From an uncultured Muribaculaceae bacterium (GTDB lineage Bacteria > Bacteroidota > Bacteroidia > Bacteroidales > Muribaculaceae), in contig CAJUMI010000001.1 in assembly GCA_910587545.1 (NCBI GenBank), positions 16,722 through 80,721 of the forward strand: a stretch of DNA of 64,000 bases. Reading direction: 5' to 3'. The notes beneath the pieces are model-generated. The model searched no databases, was not told where the DNA came from, and saw nothing but the letters and a program-made list of their open reading frames with translations. The position numbers and the translations under genes were made by a program. This document shows positions 47,101-56,261 of this stretch, in pieces. How positions within the stretch are numbered: the stretch's first letter is position 1; each line of letters begins with the position of its first letter.

Positions 47101-47955
47101 ATGAAAAATATAGTCACACGCTCGATCTCTGGCATAATATATGTGGCGCTCATCATCTGCGCCCTGCTCGCCGGCCCCGACTGGTTTATGGCGCTCGCCA
47201 CTCTGTTTGCCCTGCTCGCAGTACTCGAATTTCAGAAACTCACGGACCGCGGCAGTAAACCCGACACCATCACACTGCTGATAAGGACCCTTGACATCGC
47301 TGCCGCCACGGGGCTGTGTCTTGCTTCGTACTCCGACATCAGTTTCGTTTTCTTCGACGGTTTGGCTCTTGGGGCATATCTGCTGATCAGACTTGTCCTC
47401 GCCCTTTATGACCGCCGATCCGACGCCTTTGCGGCTGTCGGGCGATCGGTGATGTCGGTGATGTATATCGGTCTTCCTCTGTCGCTCGCAGCCTTGGCCG
47501 ACCGTGTCACCCACGGCAACAGCCTCACCGACCACCTGATGCTCATCATGTTTATAATGATATGGCTCAACGACACCGGCGCCTACTGCATCGGCAGCCT
47601 GCTGGGACATCACCGTCTGTTTCCGCGACTATCGCCAAAAAAGTCATGGGAAGGCTTCTGGGGCGGCATGCTGTTCTGCGTCATGGCTGGCGTTGCCTGC
47701 TATTTCGCACTCAGCCCCGACGGAGCAATGCTGTCAGGGCAAGACTCTCTTGCCGCATGGATCGGACTCGGAATGACCGTATGTGTTTTCTCTACCTGGG
47801 GAGACCTCTTTGAATCTCTGATCAAACGTACTCTGGGAGTCAAGGACTCCGGCACCCTCATACCCGGCCATGGCGGCATACTTGACCGCATCGACTCGCT
47901 GCTGCTAGCCGCTCCCGCGACATTCATTTACGCATTTTTAACCGGGATGCTTTAA
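47101..47955 (+). CDS. cdsA: phosphatidate cytidylyltransferase
   Basis: The 284-aa polytopic ORF has the signature ESLIKRTLGVKDSGTLIPGHGGILDRIDS. Confidence 0.92.
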   Translation: MKNIVTRSISGIIYVALIICALLAGPDWFMALATLFALLAVLEFQKLTDRGSKPDTITLLIRTLDIAAATGLCLASYSDISFVFFDGLALGAYLLIRLVLALYDRRSDAFAAVGRSVMSVMYIGLPLSLAALADRVTHGNSLTDHLMLIMFIMIWLNDTGAYCIGSLLGHHRLFPRLSPKKSWEGFWGGMLFCVMAGVACYFALSPDGAMLSGQDSLAAWIGLGMTVCVFSTWGDLFESLIKRTLGVKDSGTLIPGHGGILDRIDSLLLAAPATFIYAFLTGML

Positions 47956-48006
47956 CCATAGACAAACATTCATGCCGATAAAGTTGTATAACTAACGACA
48001 AAAGAT

Positions 48007-48014
48007 TACCTTTG
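48007..48014 (+). promoter_or_regulatory. -7 box TACCTTTG upstream of the phosphohexomutase gene
   Basis: Exact TAnnTTTG match, 52 nt before the ATG at 48066. Confidence 0.35.
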
Positions 48015-48065
48015 CCTTAACATAATTAACATAAGAAAATATAACCATTTCCCCAACATAACCAT

Positions 48066-49817
48066 ATGGAAAATCAAGATCTCCTTCTATTGGAAGTTAC
48101 CAAGAGAGCACAAACATGGCTACAGGACGGCTATGACGAAGAAACCCGCAAGGAAGTAAAGCGCATGCTTGACGCCGACGACAAGACCGAGCTGATCGAA
48201 TCGTTCTACAGAGACCTCGAATTCGGCACAGGCGGCCTGCGAGGCATCATGGGAGCCGGTACAAACAGAATGAATATCTACACCGTCGGCTCGGCCACAC
48301 AAGGTCTGGCAAACTATCTCAAAGAAGCATTCAAGGAATTGTCCGAAATCAAGGTAGTTGTCGGACACGACGTGCGCAATAACTCACGCAAATTCGCTGA
48401 AATCGTCGCCAACATATTCTCAGCCAACGGCATAAAAGTATATCTTTTTGACAGTTTCCGCCCGACGCCCGAACTTTCATTCGCCATCCGCGAATTAGGC
48501 TGCCAGAGCGGCGTCAATATCACGGCATCACACAATCCCAAGATCTACAACGGCTATAAGGCTTATTGGAGCGACGGTGCACAGATCATCGCGCCCCACG
48601 ACGTTAATATTATCGACCACGTCAACCGCATCAAAGACGTCAAGGACATCAAATTCCAAGGCGATCCAGCCAAAATCGAGATCATCGGCGACGCCATGGA
48701 CGAGGCTTTTCTCAAAGCCATCAAGACATTGTCGCTCGACCCGGATGTGATCAAGCGTCACGCCGACCTCAAGATCGTCTACACCCCGATCCATGGTACA
48801 GGCGTGAAACTTATCCCCGAATCACTCCGCCGCTGGGGCTTCACCAACATAATCCATGTTCCGGAACAGGATATCACCTCGGGCGACTTCCCCACAGTCG
48901 ACTCACCCAACCCCGAAAATCCCTCGGCAATGGCAATGGCGATCGCCAAAGCAAAGGAAGTCGAGGCTGACCTCGTCGTGGCCTCTGACCCCGACGCCGA
49001 CCGCATCGGCTGCGTGATCCGTGACAACGACGGAGAATACCAACTCATCAACGGCAACCAGATCGTAATGATCCTGCTCAACTATATCATGCGCCGCAAA
49101 CGCGAGATGGGACTGCTCGACGGAAGCGAATACGTCGTCAAGACCATCGTGACCACAGAAACCATCAAGGCTATCGCCGACAACTACGGCATCAAGATGT
49201 TTGACTGCTACACAGGCTTCAAATGGATCGCATCTGTCATCCGCGACCTCGAAGGCAAGATGAAATATCTCGGCGGCGGCGAAGAGAGCTACGGCTTCCT
49301 GGCCGAAGACTTCTGCCGCGATAAAGACTCGGTATCGGCGATCTCGCTTATGGCCGAGATCTGCGCGTGGGCCAAGGATCAGGGCATGGACTTCAACGAA
49401 ATGCTTCAGGACATCTACATCAAGAACGGCTATTCCCACGAAGTCGGTGTCTCAGTTGTCCGCGAAGGCAAGAAGGGTGCCGAAGAGATTGTGCAGATGA
49501 TGAAAGACTTCCGCAACAACCCGCCAAAATCGCTCGGCGGCAGTCAGGTTGTCACCATCAAGGATTATTCAGACCTCAACTGCAAGAATGTCACCACAGG
49601 CGAAGTCGCCAAGATGGATTTCCCCACCACGAGCAACGTGCTCCAGTTCTTCACCGAAGACGGTTCGAAAGTGTCAATCCGGCCTTCAGGCACAGAGCCC
49701 AAGATCAAGTTCTACATGGAAGTCCATGGCACACTCAAGGACAAGGCCGACTACGCCCGCGCCAACCGTGACGCCGATGCCAAGATAGAAGCCCTGAAAA
49801 AAGATCTCGGCATTTGA
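48066..49817 (+). CDS. alpha-D-phosphohexomutase (phosphoglucomutase/phosphomannomutase)
   Basis: The 583-aa ORF has the active-site loop ITASHNPKIYNGYK, the metal loop ASDPDADR and GGGEESYG. Confidence 0.9.
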   Translation: MENQDLLLLEVTKRAQTWLQDGYDEETRKEVKRMLDADDKTELIESFYRDLEFGTGGLRGIMGAGTNRMNIYTVGSATQGLANYLKEAFKELSEIKVVVGHDVRNNSRKFAEIVANIFSANGIKVYLFDSFRPTPELSFAIRELGCQSGVNITASHNPKIYNGYKAYWSDGAQIIAPHDVNIIDHVNRIKDVKDIKFQGDPAKIEIIGDAMDEAFLKAIKTLSLDPDVIKRHADLKIVYTPIHGTGVKLIPESLRRWGFTNIIHVPEQDITSGDFPTVDSPNPENPSAMAMAIAKAKEVEADLVVASDPDADRIGCVIRDNDGEYQLINGNQIVMILLNYIMRRKREMGLLDGSEYVVKTIVTTETIKAIADNYGIKMFDCYTGFKWIASVIRDLEGKMKYLGGGEESYGFLAEDFCRDKDSVSAISLMAEICAWAKDQGMDFNEMLQDIYIKNGYSHEVGVSVVREGKKGAEEIVQMMKDFRNNPPKSLGGSQVVTIKDYSDLNCKNVTTGEVAKMDFPTTSNVLQFFTEDGSKVSIRPSGTEPKIKFYMEVHGTLKDKADYARANRDADAKIEALKKDLGI

Positions 49818-49843
49818 CAACACAACCATAACAGACTTACACA

Positions 49844-49889
49844 CCGGAGCTTACGCAGCAACAAGCCGCATAAGCCCCGGTTGGTTTTA
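49844..49889 (+). terminator. intrinsic terminator after the phosphohexomutase gene
   Basis: CCGGAGCUUA...UAAGCCCCGG forms a 10-bp stem with one mismatch, followed by TTGGTTTT. Confidence 0.5.
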
Positions 49890-49924
49890 AAGGGGTCGAC
49901 AATAAACCTATAATTATTATCAGC

Positions 49925-50632
49925 ATGGAGGTTATCTACGAAGACAACCATATTATAATAGTCAACAAAGCTCCCGGCGAGATTGTCCAGGGGGATAAGA
50001 CCGGTGACACCCCCCTGCTTGACATTGTCAAGCAATGGATCAAAGAAAACCATGCCAAGCCCGGCAACGTTTTTCTCGGCGTCGTCCACCGTCTTGACCG
50101 GCCTGTAGGCGGTCTCGTCATCTTCGCCAAGACTTCCAAGGCCCTGAGCCGACTCAACGACATGTTCCGCAACGGCGAGGTTCACAAGACCTATTGGGCG
50201 CTCACCCGCAACCGCCCGCCCAAAGACACCGAATTGCTGACCCATTATATCACCACTGTCGAACGCAACAACAAATCTTACGCCTCTCTGACGCCAAAAG
50301 CAGGAGCCAAGGAATCCCGGCTCCGCTACCGCACTATAGCCGTCGGCGATAGACTCAGCCTCGTCGAGATCAAACTGCTCACCGGACGCAAACACCAGAT
50401 CAGAGTGCAGATGAGCTCTATAGGCTGCCCGATCAGAGGAGACCTGAAATACGGCGACAAGCGCAGCAATCCCGACGGCAGCATATCGCTCATAGCCCGA
50501 CGCATAACCTTCACCCATCCAGTGTCAGGCAAAGAGATCGACATTACCGCGCCCGTGCCCGACGAAAGAGTCTGGCGCGACCTTGAAGCAATCTCAATCA
50601 ACAACCGTAAAAATCAAGAACAAATTGACTAA
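49925..50632 (+). CDS. RluA-family pseudouridine synthase (no S4 domain)
   Basis: The 235-aa ORF has VVHRLDRPVGGLVIFAKT (catalytic Asp) and GRKHQIRVQ. Confidence 0.85.
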   Translation: MEVIYEDNHIIIVNKAPGEIVQGDKTGDTPLLDIVKQWIKENHAKPGNVFLGVVHRLDRPVGGLVIFAKTSKALSRLNDMFRNGEVHKTYWALTRNRPPKDTELLTHYITTVERNNKSYASLTPKAGAKESRLRYRTIAVGDRLSLVEIKLLTGRKHQIRVQMSSIGCPIRGDLKYGDKRSNPDGSISLIARRITFTHPVSGKEIDITAPVPDERVWRDLEAISINNRKNQEQID

Positions 50633-51596
50633 GCAGGATCTAAAAATAGTTTTTTTCGGAACGCCCGAATTTGCAGTCGCATCTCTCGACCGTCTTGCGA
50701 CCGAAGGTTTCAACGTGGCAGCAGTAGTGACTGCTACAGACAAGCCAGCCGGACGCGGACACAGACTCCTACAGTCCGATGTCAAGAGATATGCCGTTGA
50801 AAAAGGCATTCCCGTGTTGCAGCCATCATCGCTCAAAGACCCCGCCTTCATAGCTCAGCTCGAGAAAATAGGCGCCGATCTCTTTATCGTGATCGCGTTC
50901 CGTATGCTCCCGGAAGCAGTCTGGACGATGCCGCCGCTGGGAACGTTCAATCTCCACGGTTCCCTGCTGCCTCGCTACCGCGGTGCCGCACCGATCAACT
51001 GGGCGATAATCAATGGCGACAGCGAGACCGGAGTGACGACTTTCTTTCTCAAGCATGAGATCGATACCGGTGACATCATCGATCAGGCAAAAATCGCAAT
51101 AGGACCCGACGAAAACCTCGGCAGCGTCTACGACCGGCTGATGCACATAGGCGCGGATCTGACAGTAGGCACCGTCAACCGCATAATTGACGGCACACTG
51201 ACAACAACACCCCAGAACAGTACCGGCCTCGAAGCTCCGACTCCGGCGCCCAAGATCTTCAAAGAGACCTGTCGCATAGACTGGGGCAAGGATGCCCGCG
51301 CGATACACAACCTCGTCAGGGGGCTGTCGCCCGTGCCCGGCGCCTGGACAATGCTGGCCACAGACGACACCGACAATACGACCGTGAAGATATTCGAGAC
51401 ATACGTCAGCAATCGGCCGACCGACCTTCAGCCTGGCCAGATCATGATCGACGGCACAAAATTATTGGTAGTCTGCGGCGATCGGTCCCTGCTCGAGATC
51501 AAGGAGCTGCAACCCGCCGGCAAAAGGCGCATGGGCGCATCCGAGTATATCCGTGGCGCCAGACTCGGCGAAGCCCATTTCGCCTCAATCAAATAG
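50625..51596 (+). CDS. fmt: methionyl-tRNA formyltransferase; probable TTG start
   Basis: The ORF contains KIVFFGTPEFAV, HGSLLPRYRGAAPINWAI and a C-terminal domain. No in-frame ATG lies upstream of the conserved N-terminus, and TTG candidates are at 50625 and 50583. Confidence 0.88.
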   Translation: MTKQDLKIVFFGTPEFAVASLDRLATEGFNVAAVVTATDKPAGRGHRLLQSDVKRYAVEKGIPVLQPSSLKDPAFIAQLEKIGADLFIVIAFRMLPEAVWTMPPLGTFNLHGSLLPRYRGAAPINWAIINGDSETGVTTFFLKHEIDTGDIIDQAKIAIGPDENLGSVYDRLMHIGADLTVGTVNRIIDGTLTTTPQNSTGLEAPTPAPKIFKETCRIDWGKDARAIHNLVRGLSPVPGAWTMLATDDTDNTTVKIFETYVSNRPTDLQPGQIMIDGTKLLVVCGDRSLLEIKELQPAGKRRMGASEYIRGARLGEAHFASIK

Positions 51597-51761
51597 ATTT
51601 TTAAAGTTTTAAGAAAAAATAGCATCTGCCTTTACTCCTTCTCGGCTATTTTTCACTAACTTTACGTGCTATTAGCTTGAAATCGTATAACCGAACTTAT
51701 GTCCGGTTCGAACGTTGATATTTTTATAAAAGATTATATCAACCTAAATCAAAAAAACGTT

Positions 51762-52016
51762 ATGTATAATTCAGACGAAGACGACAGCCGTCGCAACTAC
51801 AGAATTCCTGAAAGCAAGTCTCAGAAGGCAGTGCGCACTATCTTCGGCATTGTCATGATACTTATTTATGTGGGCATGGGTGTTCTTCTGCTCATCAATT
51901 TCTTCAATTGGACTGCCAATTGGGCATGGACCCGCTACGTCGTAGGTATCGTACTGATTATTTACGGTTTATGGAGAGCCTACCGGCAATACAAAGGTAT
52001 CGATTCCCGTTTGTAA
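51762..52016 (+). CDS. small two-TM membrane protein, function unknown
   Basis: I preferred the ATG at 51762 because of its A-rich upstream context. An alternative ATG lies at 51699. TM helices: IFGIVMILIYVGMGVLLLINFF and YVVGIVLIIYGLW. Confidence 0.55.
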   Translation: MYNSDEDDSRRNYRIPESKSQKAVRTIFGIVMILIYVGMGVLLLINFFNWTANWAWTRYVVGIVLIIYGLWRAYRQYKGIDSRL

Positions 52017-52033
52017 GTTTAACGATCCCAGCT

Positions 52034-53017
52034 ATGACATACAGAAATCTTTCGATAATTATCGGTATAGCATTAGCCTCGACGCTGACCGGATGTCTTA
52101 AATACGAAAAGAAAGCCAACTCCTCTACTACCGGCACAATGACCATGGTATGCGACAACACGTTCCGCAACATCATGGAGCAGGAAATTGATGTCTTTGA
52201 ATATCAATATCCCGACGCTCACGTTCTTGCCCGATACGCTCCACAGAACGAAGCCCTCGATTCCCTGTTCAGCCTCAACACCCGCACTGTTGTCATAGCC
52301 CGCGACCTTACAAAAAAGGAACGCGATTTTCTCAAAAGCAAACGTCGCAACGTCAAATGCTCGAAGATTGCAGTCGATGCCGTGGCGCTGATCGTAAACA
52401 AGGACAACCCATGCAGCATGCTCACCACCAAGGAGATCGGCGACATATTGTCAGGCTCGTCAACACAGTGGAACGATCTCGAGCCATCCGAACTCGGCAA
52501 GATATCAATAATCTTTGACGATGCCGCGTCAAGCCTCGTGCAATTTATGCGCGACTCACTTCTCAACGGCGGCGATCTCGGCCCGAACGTCTACGCCCAA
52601 GGCTCAATTCCCGCCGTAGTCGAGACAGTCAGCAAAAACGTCAACGCCATCGGCGTGCTGGGCGTCACATGGATCACCTCAGACATGAAATCGGCAGAAC
52701 TGACTCCCGAAGAACGTGCGATGTCGGTGATTTCCGACGATCCCATCCAAGGCGCCACCCTTAGCGACGACATAAAGGTGCTCAAGCTCCGCCGTCCCGA
52801 CGAAGTGACTGCCTACAAGCCCTATCAACAGAACATATTCGACGGCACATATCCCCTTTACCGTCCCATATACATGGTCACTACCGGCGTTTCCGGCAGC
52901 CTTGCAAGCGGTTTCTACACCTTTGTCACAGGCGACATCGGCCAGAAAATAATACTCAAAACAGGCATAATGCCTGCGCGCACCCGCATTCAGGTTGTCC
53001 AGGTCGGACAAGATTGA
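52034..53017 (+). CDS. PstS-family (PBP-like) substrate-binding lipoprotein with no adjacent ABC permease or ATPase
   Basis: I chose the ATG at 52034. The lipobox context is LASTLTGC. The ORF has a PBP_like_2-type pattern (IAVDAVALIVNKDNP...LTTKEIGDILSG..TQWNDL). Confidence 0.7.
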   Translation: MTYRNLSIIIGIALASTLTGCLKYEKKANSSTTGTMTMVCDNTFRNIMEQEIDVFEYQYPDAHVLARYAPQNEALDSLFSLNTRTVVIARDLTKKERDFLKSKRRNVKCSKIAVDAVALIVNKDNPCSMLTTKEIGDILSGSSTQWNDLEPSELGKISIIFDDAASSLVQFMRDSLLNGGDLGPNVYAQGSIPAVVETVSKNVNAIGVLGVTWITSDMKSAELTPEERAMSVISDDPIQGATLSDDIKVLKLRRPDEVTAYKPYQQNIFDGTYPLYRPIYMVTTGVSGSLASGFYTFVTGDIGQKIILKTGIMPARTRIQVVQVGQD

Positions 53018-53076
53018 CACGATTACCCCACACAAATACCAAATATCCAAAAAACAAACAACAATTCTATATCTCA

Positions 53077-54702
53077 ATGAAACAAAAACTTATCCTATCG
53101 CTGTTTGCAGCAGCCGCACTTGCGGCCTCAGCTCAGAGCCAAGGCTACAAAGACGGCATCGAGTATTACAACGCCGGTCAGTTTGAAAACGCCAAGACTA
53201 TCCTCAACAACACACTCAACAATCCGGGAACCGACAAATCTCTTGCTCTCTATTTCCTCGGTCAGATCGCTCTGGCGCAGGATGACAAGCAGGCGGCCAA
53301 AAACTTCTTCGAGAAAGGTATCGCAGCCGACGAAAAATGCGGCTACAACTATGTAGGTCTCGGAGCACTCGACCTTATCAACGGACAGACTTCTCAGGCC
53401 AACGACAACTTCAAGAAAGCGCAGGGTCTCGCCAAGAAAGACAACGAGCTCATCGTCGCGATAGCGCGCGCTTATTACAACGCAGACCCCGTGAAATATG
53501 CCGCTGACATTGAAAAGACCCTCAACAAGGCCCGCAAATCATCCAAGTATCAGGAACCGGCCATCTACATCCTCGAAGGCGACATGCTCGCCGACCAGAA
53601 GGACTGGGGCCAGGCTGCCGGTAAATATGAGATGGCCATCACTTACGATCAGGACAACCCTGAAGGCTATGTGAAATATGCCAACACCTACTTCAACGTC
53701 AACAAGGACTATGCCATCGGCAAACTCGAGGAACTCTATAACCGCGCTCCCAACTCGGCTCTCGCTACTCGCGAACTCGCTGAAAAATACTATCAGGGAC
53801 ACCACTGGAACAAAGCTGCCGACCTTTATGGCAAATACATCCAGAACCCCAACCACTTCCCCGAAGACAAAGCCCGCTACTCTGTTCTTCTATATTGGGG
53901 CAACAAGTATGACCAGTCCAAGAAAGTGGCTCAGGAAATACTCGCCAACGACCCCTCCAACTTCCTGATGCAGCGCATGGTATTCCTTAACGATGCCGCT
54001 CTCAAAAACTATGATGCCGCTGCCGCCGAAGCCGACAAGTTCATCAACAACCACCCCGACGGACGTTTCTCGGCAAATGACTTCACAACCTACTATGACG
54101 TTCTCATCGAACTCGGTCAGGACTCTCTCGCCGTGATCCAGTATGAAAAAGCCGTCAATCTCGAGCCCGAAAATGTCGATCTCATCAGCGGCCTCAGTTC
54201 GGCCTACACCAAGGTCAAGGACTATCCCAAAGCCGCCGACACCTACGCTACATATCTGAACAAACTCGAAGAACCCAAATCCAACGACTATTTCGACGCC
54301 GCCCGACGTTACCTCAACGCATCCGCAACCTTTGCCGCAGAAGACAGCGTTCTCCGCAAGGAATACTCCGAGAAGGGTATCGAATATATCGACAAGACTA
54401 TAGAGCGTGCGACACCCAACCCCACCCTCTATCAGTTCAAAGCCCGTCTTTACATCGCAGGCAACAACAACCATGTCAACCAGGAAGCTATCGACATCTA
54501 CAATCAGATGCTCGCTCTTCTTGACCAGGATCCCGCCAATAAAGACCCCAAGAATCCCAACAACAAACTCAAGCTATATGAAGAGGCCGCAAGATTCAAC
54601 TATGCTTTCTGCGGCACAGTCCTCAAAGACAAAGAAAAGACCGCAGAAGCAGCCAAAACTCTCAAAGAGATCACCGACCTCATCAACGGCACTGCCGAAT
54701 AA
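53077..54702 (+). CDS. secreted tetratricopeptide-repeat protein
   Basis: I chose the ATG at 53077 (MKQKLILSLFAAAALAASAQS signal peptide). The ORF has many TPR-like helical pairs. Confidence 0.75.
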   Translation: MKQKLILSLFAAAALAASAQSQGYKDGIEYYNAGQFENAKTILNNTLNNPGTDKSLALYFLGQIALAQDDKQAAKNFFEKGIAADEKCGYNYVGLGALDLINGQTSQANDNFKKAQGLAKKDNELIVAIARAYYNADPVKYAADIEKTLNKARKSSKYQEPAIYILEGDMLADQKDWGQAAGKYEMAITYDQDNPEGYVKYANTYFNVNKDYAIGKLEELYNRAPNSALATRELAEKYYQGHHWNKAADLYGKYIQNPNHFPEDKARYSVLLYWGNKYDQSKKVAQEILANDPSNFLMQRMVFLNDAALKNYDAAAAEADKFINNHPDGRFSANDFTTYYDVLIELGQDSLAVIQYEKAVNLEPENVDLISGLSSAYTKVKDYPKAADTYATYLNKLEEPKSNDYFDAARRYLNASATFAAEDSVLRKEYSEKGIEYIDKTIERATPNPTLYQFKARLYIAGNNNHVNQEAIDIYNQMLALLDQDPANKDPKNPNNKLKLYEEAARFNYAFCGTVLKDKEKTAEAAKTLKEITDLINGTAE

Positions 54703-54729
54703 CCCCGTAACTTTAACTAACCCCTGCAA

Positions 54730-54766
54730 GGGCGGCCGTCGTCAAAATGATGGCCGCCCTATATTT
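54730..54766 (+). terminator. intrinsic terminator after the TPR gene
   Basis: GGGCGGCC-N14-GGCCGCCC forms an 8-bp GC stem followed by TATATTT. Confidence 0.55.
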
Positions 54767-54786
54767 AATAATCATTAGTAGAACCC

Positions 54787-56091
54787 ATGAGCAACGCACC
54801 GTTGGCTGAAAGAATGCGCCCGCGCACTCTCGACGATTACATTGGCCAGCAGCATCTGGTCGGAGAAGGATCGATCATCAGACGCATGATCGATACAGGC
54901 AACGTCTCGTCTTTTATCCTCTGGGGGCCGCCCGGTGTCGGCAAGACCACGCTTGCCCGCATCATCGCCAATACCACCAAATCGTCCTTTCACACCCTTT
55001 CGGCCGTGACGTCGGGAGTAAAAGATGTCCGAGAGGTGATCGACCGCTGCCGTCAGGAGTCGATGAGCATGTTCTCCTCAGGTCGCCCAATACTGTTTAT
55101 CGACGAAATCCACCGTTTCAACAAATCTCAGCAGGACAGCCTGCTCGGCGCTGTCGAAGACGGCACCGTGACCCTTATAGGCGCCACCACCGAAAATCCG
55201 TCGTTTGAAGTCATCCGCCCCTTGCTCTCTCGCGCCCAGGTTTACGTGCTGCGCCCACTCGAGGAAAACGACCTTCAGCACCTGCTCGACTCCGCCATCA
55301 CAAAAGACGAAATATTGTCACGCCGCGCCGTGAAAGTCGAGGAAACCGCCGCCCTCTTCCGCTACTCCGGCGGTGACGCACGCAAGCTCCTCAACATCCT
55401 CGACCTGCTCGAACAGTCGACAGCCCACGGCGAGACACTGCTCATCAACGACCGTAACGTCACCGAGCGCCTGCAGCAGAATCCGCAGGCCTACGACAAA
55501 AACGGCGAGATGCACTATGACATCATCTCTGCCTTCATAAAAAGCGTCCGCGGCAGCGACCCCGACGCGGCCCTCTATTGGCTCGCGCGCATGATATCAG
55601 GCGGTGAGGATCCCGAGTTCATTGCCCGCCGTCTGGTCATCCTCGCCGCAGAAGACATAGGCCTCTCCAACCCCAACGCCCTGCTGCTGGCCAACGCTAC
55701 TTTCGACGCCATATCCAAGATCGGAATGCCAGAAGGCCGCATTCCTTTGGCCGAGTGTACAGTCTACCTCGCCACCTCGCCAAAAAGCAACTCCACCTAT
55801 ATGGGCATCGCCGCCGCCCTTGCCGAAGTCGAGCGATCGGGCAACCTGCCTGTTCCTCTACATATCCGCAACGCTCCGACATCACTGATGAAAGATCTCG
55901 GCTACGGCACCAACTACAAATATGCCCATGACTATCCCGGCAACTTCGTCCGCCAGCAGTTTCTCCCAGACTCGATACAAAGCCAACGTTTTTGGAAGCC
56001 ATGCGACAACCAGGCCGAGAACGTCCTCGCCCGACGCCAGTACGATCGCTGGCATGCCCCTGCCGACAGCGATAAAGACAAAAGCGAATAG
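54787..56091 (+). CDS. rarA: replication-associated recombination protein A (AAA+ ATPase)
   Basis: The 434-aa ORF has LWGPPGVGKTTLA, ILFIDEIHRFNK and the C-terminal MgsA domain (HYDIISAFIKSVRGSDPDAALYWLARM). Confidence 0.93.
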   Translation: MSNAPLAERMRPRTLDDYIGQQHLVGEGSIIRRMIDTGNVSSFILWGPPGVGKTTLARIIANTTKSSFHTLSAVTSGVKDVREVIDRCRQESMSMFSSGRPILFIDEIHRFNKSQQDSLLGAVEDGTVTLIGATTENPSFEVIRPLLSRAQVYVLRPLEENDLQHLLDSAITKDEILSRRAVKVEETAALFRYSGGDARKLLNILDLLEQSTAHGETLLINDRNVTERLQQNPQAYDKNGEMHYDIISAFIKSVRGSDPDAALYWLARMISGGEDPEFIARRLVILAAEDIGLSNPNALLLANATFDAISKIGMPEGRIPLAECTVYLATSPKSNSTYMGIAAALAEVERSGNLPVPLHIRNAPTSLMKDLGYGTNYKYAHDYPGNFVRQQFLPDSIQSQRFWKPCDNQAENVLARRQYDRWHAPADSDKDKSE

Positions 56092-56182
56092 AAACCCAAA
56101 ACAATTTAACACCACTTAACATTAAAAACCGCAAATTTCGCAGTTCTGTACGTGTTAATAATTGGAATACAAATTTTTTTGT

Positions 56183-56190
56183 TAATTTTG
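56183..56190 (+). promoter_or_regulatory. -7 box TAATTTTG upstream of sppA
   Basis: Exact TAnnTTTG match, 72 nt before the ATG at 56262. Confidence 0.35.
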
Positions 56191-56261
56191 TCACTGACTA
56201 TCCTAAGATAGGCGCACAATTGAGTTAATTATTTACATTCAGATATTTATACTACACAGAA

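Noticed and set aside
51699-51716. A GGTTCGAAC string resembles a tRNA T-loop. A second one, GGAGGTTCGAGC, lies near 63516.
   Set aside because: No flanking T-stem complementarity, acceptor stem or anticodon arm can be drawn for either. I found no tRNA gene anywhere in the window.
54730-54759. The same GGGCGGCC...GGCCGCCC stem occurs at two sites (54730-54759 and 63460-63482), each followed by a similar CT(A/C)TATTT tail, which could indicate a repeated REP/MITE-like element.
   Set aside because: Only the 8-bp GC stem and a short T-rich tail are shared. The loops and flanks differ, and both sites lie exactly where a gene's terminator is expected. They are ordinary intrinsic terminators with convergent stems.
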